Source of the DNA: an uncultured bacterium
GTDB lineage: Bacteria > Omnitrophota > Omnitrophia > Omnitrophales > Aquincolibacteriaceae
DNA: 64,000 bases
Reading direction: 5' to 3'
Assembly: GCA_964434115.1 (NCBI GenBank)
Contig: CAYSSX010000004.1
Location: forward strand, 17,684-81,683
Position 1 is the first letter of the stretch. The number at the start of each line of letters is the position of its first letter. Under the pieces are notes generated by a model. That model worked only from the letters and a program-made list of their open reading frames with translations. It was not told the DNA's origin and made no database searches. A program made the position numbers and the translations under genes. Of this stretch, positions 56,706 to 64,000 are shown piece by piece.

Positions 56706-58373
56706 TCAGGAAGCGCCTGCCTGAAGACTCGCTGTTCCGGACCCTGTATCACTTTTGCCTTGCGTCGAGTTTTCAATGCTCAGGGTGTGATTCACAGAAT
56801 CCCCGCCGTTTTGAAAGCTCAAATTTAAACTCCCGGTCGTATCGCCAGAATAGTCTGCAGACAACCCAGTGATGTTTTTTATAGCGTCTCCGCTAAGCCC
56901 TGTAAAAGAGACAATCGAACTTAAGGCGAAGTTGAATGCGCTCCCGCTGTTAAATTGGGTGCTGGTCACTTGCACGTTGGAATTTCCCCCGCCAATCGTG
57001 CGGCTTCCAAAATTAATGTCGACAGTGAGGGTGTAGCTCCCATGGGTCATGGTTCCGCTTCCTGTATAGTGGGAAGTTCCAACTTCTGTCCTCGCCCGGA
57101 GCTGATCAAACGTGGCCTGCCCGGTGAGTTGCTGAGTGATGGTGGTGGAGGTACCGGTTCTATCCCCAGCATCAAGGGACGATGTCGTCGATTGAGTAAA
57201 AAGATCATTGTTGATTTGATTGACTTGAGAAAGGTCCCGCAAAAAGTCATAGGCCACCACTTTATCCTGCTGTGCCTGTTGAGTGGCGCTTTTCATATCC
57301 GGTAGAGCAGGTCTTTCTTGCGGTGCCCCGCCCATCATCGGCTTTAAATGTCCTGGAGACATGGTTTCCCCCGCTGAACCAGGCACTGGAGGAGCTCCCG
57401 GAGGAGGGCCCATCAAAGCTGTTTTGCCCGTGCTTCCAGAAGCCGGAGCACTTTCACCCTCGCTGGCGGCGGGACGGGCCGGCTTATCCCCATCCTTCCG
57501 GTCGGCAGGCGCGGCTGAATTATCCCTTTCCGGGGACTTCGGCTCTTCACTTTTTGCCGGATCCTTGGTTTGACCTGAACTTTTATCGTCTGTGCTTTCG
57601 GATTTTGTTTCCTTGGCGGGTTCTGCCGCCTGGGACTCTGCCGGGTTCACAGACGCGATCATTTGTTCCACTTGTTCCCGGGGCACTTCAAAAGCCGCGG
57701 TGGGCGCAATGTTTTCGCCTCCAATGAAAGTCCCGAAGCCGGATTTTTTGACTTCCGTCTCCACATTTTTTCCATTCACATCGTTGCTGACAATAATCCG
57801 GCCTTGGCGATGGCCCGTATTGTTTTTCTCACCCGGGCCTAAAAGCAAAATCAGCGAACTGTCTCCTTCCACTTTCCCGTAGAAAATAGTGCCGCGCACG
57901 CCGACGGATCCTGTCGGCAGCTTGATTTCCACATTGCTCGGCTTTTTGTGCGCAATCTGGCCCGTAATAAAACGGAAGACTCCCTTGACGACACGCGCGT
58001 CAATTTTCCCGTCAAAGGTCGCGGGATCATAAACAAAAGTATCAATGACAATGGCGCTATTGGGCCCTATCGTAAAAACCGTCTCATCCAGAAGCAGGAT
58101 CTGCAACTGGCCTTTGCCATCCGTGCTGACCTCGTCTCCAAGATAAATCGGCTCACCGCTGCCGGCAATACGCCCCACCTGGCCTGATTTGGCGATTTGA
58201 ACAGACCCTCGTGCGGCCGCGACAACCCCGACAAGGCCTGTTGGGAGAGTCGCCGAAACCGGTGCTGCCGCAGGCATCACTTGGGCAAAAAGAACATTTT
58301 GAGCAGGAAAAGATAGAAGCAGGCTGACCAAAAAGGAAAGGGTTTGAAAAGCGTTCTTTTTAAGGGTTTTCAT
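56706..58373 (-). CDS. Secreted FecR-domain protein with a Pro/Ser-rich linker and a Ser/Thr/Gly-rich C-terminal domain.
   Basis: 555 aa. Signal peptide. FecR-like beta-sandwich (IYLGDEVSTDGKGQLQILLLDETVFTIGPNSAIVID). Low-complexity PAPS linker. C-terminal T/S/G-rich, probably beta-rich, region. Confidence 0.55.
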   Translation of the reverse strand: MKTLKKNAFQTLSFLVSLLLSFPAQNVLFAQVMPAAAPVSATLPTGLVGVVAAARGSVQIAKSGQVGRIAGSGEPIYLGDEVSTDGKGQLQILLLDETVFTIGPNSAIVIDTFVYDPATFDGKIDARVVKGVFRFITGQIAHKKPSNVEIKLPTGSVGVRGTIFYGKVEGDSSLILLLGPGEKNNTGHRQGRIIVSNDVNGKNVETEVKKSGFGTFIGGENIAPTAAFEVPREQVEQMIASVNPAESQAAEPAKETKSESTDDKSSGQTKDPAKSEEPKSPERDNSAAPADRKDGDKPARPAASEGESAPASGSTGKTALMGPPPGAPPVPGSAGETMSPGHLKPMMGGAPQERPALPDMKSATQQAQQDKVVAYDFLRDLSQVNQINNDLFTQSTTSSLDAGDRTGTSTTITQQLTGQATFDQLRARTEVGTSHYTGSGTMTHGSYTLTVDINFGSRTIGGGNSNVQVTSTQFNSGSAFNFALSSIVSFTGLSGDAIKNITGLSADYSGDTTGSLNLSFQNGGDSVNHTLSIENSTQGKSDTGSGTASLQAGAS

Positions 58374-58433
58374 GGCTCTAGAGAAAGGGTACCCCCAGGG
58401 CGGGGCCTTTTCAATCCAGGAGGCTTTAAAAGG

Positions 58434-59972
58434 CTAAAATTCCAGCTTTTTACTGAGCATCAGCTGGTACTTATTATTGAGGTAGGTGTAATTGGTGATA
58501 TTGGACAGGGACCGGTAGTACTCGTAACTGAACGTAAAGAGAATGTCCTTAAAGGGTTTCGGCAAAACCTTCCCAATCAGGAGCGTCTCCAATGGCGCAC
58601 CATAAGTGACGCGGTACCGGAGAGAGTTATCGTGCCTGAGACGTCCGGCAATGGCCACTTCGGGCTCATCGTAGACATCTCGCCCGAGATCCACTCCATT
58701 AATAATGAACTGCCCTTTTCCCAAAAGCCAGGTGTGTCCCAGCCGGATCATCAGGCGCTGATAGGCATTGTAATCAGCTTTCGCATTTTTCTTGCCGTAG
58801 ACCAAGCTCACATGAGCGCTCATGGCGGGAGTCAAAACCACGTTTGCGCCGTTTTCCAGCTCAAAATAATTCCCACGCCGTTCATGCGCCGTCGTGTTTT
58901 CTGAAATATCCGAAAAGTCCTGGCGTTCAATGCGGCTCTCCGAAAAAACATTCACTCTTTTTCCAACGCCGCGGCTCAGATTAAAGCTTCCGCCTTGAGA
59001 CCGGAGAAAAGTCTCGTCCGACAAGAAAACATGGCTGGCATAAAACTGCGGGGTGAATTGAAACCACTTGGGTTTCCAAACGCCCCCGAGGTTGTATTGA
59101 AAAGAACCCAGTGACAAAGACCGCACCCTCTTTTGTTCCTGCAAATAATGCGTGAAAGTGGCGAACACCTCATGCCCTTCCTGAAAACCAAGATCATGAT
59201 GGACTTCCGCGCCGCTGATCACCAAGAGACTGGGGTCACTCTTGCGGGCGCTTGACCCTGACACGGGCAGCAGGGAGTCCGCGAACAGGCGGTTTTTCGA
59301 AGACGGAGCCGCGTTGCGGTTGGAATCGATTTCAAACCCCGTGCTTTGCCGGAAAACCAGATGGGTTCTGCGGACGCGGTAGGCGATGCGCTTGTGATAC
59401 TCATTAATTTCCGCGCGCAGGCTGTCAGGAATATCTTTCTGCTGAAGAAGGACATCAATTTCGCGGCGGGCCTCACTCCAATTATCAAGACGAAAAAGAA
59501 CCACCGCGTAAAACAGGCGGACTCTTGCCAGGGTAGGATCGATCAAGAGGATCCGCTCAAGGGTGGCCGCAGCGCCAAGGAGATTATTTTCCGCCACCTG
59601 ATTCTGCGCATATTGAAAATTAAGCAGAATGTCGTCGGGACTTTTTAAAACATCCTGATAAGTCACCTTCTCGAGGGTCTGGATCGTGCCCTTTTTCCGG
59701 GCTTCAGCCGCCGTACGCTGAACTTCGGTCTGAGTTTTCGTTTCCTGGCGCAAAAAACCGATTTCGTTTTCCTTCTGCTCGGCATACCCCGGAGATGAAA
59801 AACAAAAAACGGCTCCCCAAAAGACAAAAAACAAGCCGATTCCGGAAAAGCGGACTTGCAGCCTTCTAAGAAGTGAACGGGATGGGGTTAATCTGGATAA
59901 AATCATCTTTATAAGGACGGCCACCCGCGCCAAAAAGTGAAGCGGACTAATTTGGTCTGACTGCGGAGACAA
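58434..59972 (-). CDS. Outer-membrane protein with N-terminal TPR-like region and C-terminal beta-barrel (Slam/DUF560-like).
   Basis: 512 aa. Signal peptide (GIGLFFVFWGAVFCFSSPGYA). TPR-like helices in the first ~170 aa. Alternating amphipathic beta strands thereafter. C-terminal ...KKLEF with a terminal Phe, an OMP signature. Confidence 0.5.
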   Translation of the reverse strand: MSPQSDQISPLHFLARVAVLIKMILSRLTPSRSLLRRLQVRFSGIGLFFVFWGAVFCFSSPGYAEQKENEIGFLRQETKTQTEVQRTAAEARKKGTIQTLEKVTYQDVLKSPDDILLNFQYAQNQVAENNLLGAAATLERILLIDPTLARVRLFYAVVLFRLDNWSEARREIDVLLQQKDIPDSLRAEINEYHKRIAYRVRRTHLVFRQSTGFEIDSNRNAAPSSKNRLFADSLLPVSGSSARKSDPSLLVISGAEVHHDLGFQEGHEVFATFTHYLQEQKRVRSLSLGSFQYNLGGVWKPKWFQFTPQFYASHVFLSDETFLRSQGGSFNLSRGVGKRVNVFSESRIERQDFSDISENTTAHERRGNYFELENGANVVLTPAMSAHVSLVYGKKNAKADYNAYQRLMIRLGHTWLLGKGQFIINGVDLGRDVYDEPEVAIAGRLRHDNSLRYRVTYGAPLETLLIGKVLPKPFKDILFTFSYEYYRSLSNITNYTYLNNKYQLMLSKKLEF

Positions 59973-60050
59973 AAAAAAACTAAAAGTTGCAAATCTTCAC
60001 TACAAAAATAAAAAAGAAGATGTTAATATAACGCCTTTCCAAAACCTTTT

Positions 60051-60698
60051 ATGGCACAACTCTTTCCAAAACACTCAAACACTCTTGCGAAGCTCGGCAC
60101 GCTCGGCGTCTTATTGACCCCGTTTGTGGTGGGCATCATCCTTTATGTCCTTTCGCGTTCTGTTTACTCAACAGATGTCGGAATGTCAAAGGAACAGCCG
60201 ATTCCTTTCAGCCACAAGCACCACGTTGAAGGGCTGGGCATCGACTGCCGCTACTGCCATACGTCTGTTGAGAAATCTTCTTTCGCGGGCATTCCACCGA
60301 CCAAGACTTGTATGAACTGCCATTCCGGGATATGGACCAACGCTCCGATGCTTGAGCCGGTCCGGGAAAGTTTTCGCACGAATCAATCTTTGACTTGGAA
60401 CCGCGTCCACAATCTCGGAGATTTTGTTCAGTTCAATCACAGCATCCATATATCCAAAGGCGTGGCTTGCACAACCTGCCACGGCCAGGTCAACGAAATG
60501 CCCTTGATGCGCCGCGCCAACCGCCTGCAAATGGAATGGTGCTTGTCATGTCACCGGGCTCCTGAAAAATTTATTGGTCCCAAAGATAAGGTTTTTGATC
60601 CCCACTGGAAAGCGGCCAACCAGGCAGAACTTGGCCCGGAACTTGTTTCTCAATACAATGTTAAGAAACTCACCAACTGCAGCGTCTGCCACAGATAA
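60051..60698 (+). CDS. actA: Membrane-anchored pentaheme cytochrome c (alternative complex III ActA-like).
   Basis: 215 aa. N-terminal TM anchor and five CxxCH motifs (CRYCH, CMNCH, CTTCH, CLSCH, CSVCH). Confidence 0.8.
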   Translation: MAQLFPKHSNTLAKLGTLGVLLTPFVVGIILYVLSRSVYSTDVGMSKEQPIPFSHKHHVEGLGIDCRYCHTSVEKSSFAGIPPTKTCMNCHSGIWTNAPMLEPVRESFRTNQSLTWNRVHNLGDFVQFNHSIHISKGVACTTCHGQVNEMPLMRRANRLQMEWCLSCHRAPEKFIGPKDKVFDPHWKAANQAELGPELVSQYNVKKLTNCSVCHR

Positions 60699-60708
60699 GG
60701 TGTCATTC

Positions 60709-63700
60709 ATGAACGAAGACCATCCGATTTCAAAAATCCGGGAAAAGCTGGCCAAATTGAAAGGCCCTCTTTTCTGGCGCAGTCTGGATCAGGTGGCTGA
60801 AACCGAGGAATTTACCCGGTTTCTGAAAGAAGAGTATCCTTACGGCGCGGCCGTGTCGGATTCCCCTGTGGATAGACGTGAGTTCTTGAAATTGATGGGC
60901 GCTTCCTTAGTTATGGCAGGGCTTGCCGGCTGCAAACCCCGTGATCTTGAAAAAATCATCCCGTATGTAAAAGCTCCGGAGGACATGATCCCGGGCAAAC
61001 CCCTCTTTTTTGCCACGGCCATGCCCTTTCAAGGGTCTGCCCTCGGGCTTCTTGTTGAAAGCCATATGGGACGCCCCACAAAAGTGGAGGGCAATCCCCA
61101 GCATCCTGACAGCCTGGGAGCCACCAGCGCTTTTGCCCAAGCCTCTATTTTGGGCCTTTATGATCCTGACCGCTCCAAAGCTGTCCGTAATGGCTCTCAA
61201 GCTTCCACTTGGGCCCGTTTTACAGAAGAACTTTCCAGTGAAATGGCTTTATTGAAAGCTTCTGAGGGCGAGGGATTAAGTATTTTGACAGAAACCGTGG
61301 TTTCCCCCACACTCGGCGCCCAGATCAAAAAGCTTCTTGCGGAATACCCCAAGGCTAAATGGCATCAATATGAACCTGTCAACCGCGACAGTCTTCGCGG
61401 GGGTTCGAAACTGGCTTTAGGGGAATACAGGGACCTTCTCTATGATTTTAAGAAGGCCGACGTTGTGGTTTCATTTAACAGTGACTTTCTTACAGAGCTT
61501 CCGGGAAGTCTGCGTTACGCGCGCGATTTTACACTTAGGCGCCAGGTCATCGCAGGAACGGGATTGGACAAAAATGCTTCCGCCCTCCCCCTCAACCGTC
61601 TTTATGTTATTGAAAGCACCCCGACCTCAACGGGAACCGTTGCGGATCACAGAATCCCTAAAAAGCCTTCTGAAATTCCCGCTTTGGTAGCGGCCCTTGC
61701 CGCGAAGCTGGGAATTGAAGTTCCTCAAGGGGTTTTTGCCGCCCTCAAACCGAATGAGGAACCTTTAATCGCCGCTTTGGCCGAAGACCTGAAAGCCAAT
61801 CCTTCTAAAACCATTGTTGTCGCGGGCCCCGATCAGCCAGCCGCTGTTCATGCTCTTATTCACGCCATTAACGGGTCACTCGGGAATTTCGGTTCCACGA
61901 TTACCGCGATTGCCCCAGTTGAAGAAAATCCGGAAGAACAGACAGCCTCTATCCGGGATTTAACCCAGGATCTTGTTAAAGGAAAAGTCCAGCTCCTTGT
62001 GGTTCTTGGCGGAAATCCGGTCTACAACGCACCGGCCGACCTTGAGTTCAGCAGTAATTTCCAGCTCGCGGAACGCCGCGTTCACCTGAGTCTGTATGAC
62101 GACGAAACATCCGCTCTTTCCCACTGGCACATTCCGCAGGCTCATTACCTTGAAAGCTTTTCGGACGGCCGCGCGAGCGATGGCACTTTGACGTTTATGC
62201 AGCCCTTGATCGCGCCGCTTTATGATGGAAAATCCGCTCATGAATTTTTGGCCGCCATGCTCGGAGAGCCGGCAGCAAAGGATTACGACCTTGTCAGAAG
62301 CCGTTGGCAGGAATCCTGGAAAGAAGGGGATTTTGAGAAACAGTGGCGCAGGGCTCTCCATGAAGGTCTTGTAAAAGACAGTGCCTTTGAAGCGAAAAAG
62401 GTTTCTGTCAAAACCGCTTTCTCGCAAGCTGAACTTAAAGAGGGCCTTCCTGCTCTTTCCGGCAATGACTTAGAAGTTCTTTTCCGCCCTGACCTCACGG
62501 TGTGGGACGGGCGTTTCGCAAATTACGGATGGCTTCAGGAACTTCCCAAGCCTATGACGACCCTGACCTGGGACAATGCGGCGCTTGTGAGTCCGGCCAC
62601 CGCTGAGAAGCGTTCTCTCCAAAACGAAGACGTTGTGGTTCTTGAGCTGGGCGGCCGTGCGGTTGAAGCACCTGTATGGATCACGCCCGGACAAGCGGAG
62701 GACACGGTCACCGTTCATTTGGGCTATGGCAGAACGAAGGCTGGTAAAGTCGGGGATGACATCGGTTTTAATACCTATAAACTGAGAACTTCCGCGCGCC
62801 CTGAATTTGCTCAGGGGCTTAGCCTCACCAAAGTCGGTTCCAAGCGCAAATTGGCGGCGGCCCAGGACCATCATTCCATGGAAGGCCGTAATCTTGTACG
62901 GAAAGCCAATCTTGCGGAATTCCAGCATCATCCTGAGTTTGCTTTGGGTCATGGCCACGGCACGGGAAACACTTCGCTTTATCCCAAGTACAATTATTCC
63001 GAATACGCCTGGGGCATGGCCATTAACCTTAACGCCTGCATCGGCTGTAATGCCTGTGTGGCGGCTTGCCAATCCGAAAACAACATCCCCGTTGTCGGGA
63101 AAAGCCAGGTTCTTCTTGGCCGCGAAATGCATTGGCTGCGCATTGACCGTTATTACGAGGGCGGTCTGGACAGCCCTGAAATCCACCATCAGCCGGTCAT
63201 GTGCATGCACTGCGAGAACGCCCCCTGCGAGCCGGTGTGTCCCTTCGGAGCCACAGGCCACAGCAATGAAGGCCTCAATGAGATGACCTACAACCGCTGC
63301 GGCGGGACCAAATACTGTGCGAATAACTGTCCCTACAAAGTCCGCCGTTTTAATTTCCTGGAATACACCGACAGGAACACGGAAACGCTGAAAATGCAGC
63401 GCAACCCGGATGTCACCGTCCGCGCCAGGGGCGTCATGGAAAAATGTACTTTCTGCGTGCAGAGAATTAACCACGCGCGCATTGATGCGAAGATTGATGG
63501 CCGCAAAATCCGTGACGGAGACATCCGCACAGCCTGTCAATCCGCGTGCCCGACAAACGCCATTGTTTTCGGGGACATCAATGATCCTGAAAGCCAAGTG
63601 TCAAAACTCAAATCAGCGCCTCTTAACTACGGCATCCTGACTGAGCTTAATACCTTCCCCCGCTTAACTTATTTGGCCAAAGTGATGAACCCTAATCCAA

Positions 63701-63738
63701 AACTGACAGAGAATGCAGCCCATGGCCTCCACGCCTGA
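60709..63738 (+). CDS. actB: Alternative complex III subunit B (molybdopterin-oxidoreductase-like domain fused to a 4Fe-4S ferredoxin domain).
   Basis: Tat signal RREFLKLMGASLVMAGLAGC. Large molybdopterin-family domain. C-terminal ferredoxin Cys clusters (CIGCNACVAAC, CMHCENAPCEPVCP, CGGTKYCANNCP, CTFCVQR...CQSACP). Start taken at ATG 60709 (SD AAGGTG) rather than the track's 60574, which overlaps actA. Confidence 0.85.
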   Translation: MNEDHPISKIREKLAKLKGPLFWRSLDQVAETEEFTRFLKEEYPYGAAVSDSPVDRREFLKLMGASLVMAGLAGCKPRDLEKIIPYVKAPEDMIPGKPLFFATAMPFQGSALGLLVESHMGRPTKVEGNPQHPDSLGATSAFAQASILGLYDPDRSKAVRNGSQASTWARFTEELSSEMALLKASEGEGLSILTETVVSPTLGAQIKKLLAEYPKAKWHQYEPVNRDSLRGGSKLALGEYRDLLYDFKKADVVVSFNSDFLTELPGSLRYARDFTLRRQVIAGTGLDKNASALPLNRLYVIESTPTSTGTVADHRIPKKPSEIPALVAALAAKLGIEVPQGVFAALKPNEEPLIAALAEDLKANPSKTIVVAGPDQPAAVHALIHAINGSLGNFGSTITAIAPVEENPEEQTASIRDLTQDLVKGKVQLLVVLGGNPVYNAPADLEFSSNFQLAERRVHLSLYDDETSALSHWHIPQAHYLESFSDGRASDGTLTFMQPLIAPLYDGKSAHEFLAAMLGEPAAKDYDLVRSRWQESWKEGDFEKQWRRALHEGLVKDSAFEAKKVSVKTAFSQAELKEGLPALSGNDLEVLFRPDLTVWDGRFANYGWLQELPKPMTTLTWDNAALVSPATAEKRSLQNEDVVVLELGGRAVEAPVWITPGQAEDTVTVHLGYGRTKAGKVGDDIGFNTYKLRTSARPEFAQGLSLTKVGSKRKLAAAQDHHSMEGRNLVRKANLAEFQHHPEFALGHGHGTGNTSLYPKYNYSEYAWGMAINLNACIGCNACVAACQSENNIPVVGKSQVLLGREMHWLRIDRYYEGGLDSPEIHHQPVMCMHCENAPCEPVCPFGATGHSNEGLNEMTYNRCGGTKYCANNCPYKVRRFNFLEYTDRNTETLKMQRNPDVTVRARGVMEKCTFCVQRINHARIDAKIDGRKIRDGDIRTACQSACPTNAIVFGDINDPESQVSKLKSAPLNYGILTELNTFPRLTYLAKVMNPNPKLTENAAHGLHA

Positions 63739-64000
63739 TCCTAAAGACGCCGTAAAACCCGTCCCCTACATCGATGCCTCTGCCCATACCTATGGGGGAA
63801 TCAGCGATAAAATAGCGGACTTTGTTCTGAAGCGCCCGATTGGCAAAGGCTGGCTTGCGGGGCTGGGAGTTGCCTCCGCGGGCCTCACGCTGCTGATCTG
63901 CGCAATCCTGCTTGTCCTCCTCAAGGGCGTCGGCGTCTGGGGTATCAACCAGCCTGTAGGCTGGGGTTTTGACATCATCAACTTTGTTTGGTGGATCGGT
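63722..64000 (+). CDS. actC: Alternative complex III subunit C (NrfD/PsrC-like membrane subunit), N-terminal fragment.
   Basis: MASTPDPKDAV...GVWGINQPVGWGFDIINFVWWIG is a typical NrfD-family first TM helix. It continues beyond the window. The start could be ATG 63713. Confidence 0.75.
   Translation, partial: MASTPDPKDAVKPVPYIDASAHTYGGISDKIADFVLKRPIGKGWLAGLGVASAGLTLLICAILLVLLKGVGVWGINQPVGWGFDIINFVWWIG

Noticed and set aside
60574-60708. Upstream extension of actB suggested by the ORF track (MVPKIRFLIPTGKR...).
   Set aside because: It overlaps the 3' end of actA by 125 nt. The ATG at 60709 has an SD and is followed directly by the Tat signal.
62470-63597. 375-aa minus-strand ORF.
   Set aside because: Antisense to actB, which has strong Cys-cluster evidence. 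No motifs.
1-64000. CRISPR arrays, IS elements and transposases.
   Set aside because: No regularly spaced short direct repeats and no transposase or integrase-like ORFs were found on reading the sequence.

Overview
This window looks like a bacterial chromosomal segment, moderately GC-rich by eye (not computed). Gene-dense housekeeping operons run mostly on the minus strand: apt, rpoD, ppdK, glyS, glyQ, then uvrA, nadX, panD, panC, folK, recO, ybeY, a 7TM-HD receptor, phoH, aspS, hisS and rpsU. Plus-strand islands hold an XRE/cupin regulator, comF, lptF/G, a signalling cluster (GAF-PP2C, STAS, CHASE2-cyclase) and the start of an alternative complex III operon (actA-actB-actC). The dominant feature is one uninterrupted 16.2-kb ORF (5403 aa, minus strand, 10985..27196). 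It encodes a signal peptide, a single TM helix, tandem ~125-aa repeats, and a string of unrelated enzyme-like domains. A second very long secreted coiled-coil gene runs off the left edge and is absent from the ORF track because it has no in-window stop. A tRNA-Arg(CCT) sits beside a duplicated copy of its own 3' end and an inverted tRNA fragment, which looks like a recombination scar. rpsU (57 aa) is below the ORF-track size cutoff and was found by reading the minus strand. No CRISPR array, integrase or transposase was seen. All assignments rest on reading conserved motifs in the translated sequence; no searches were run.
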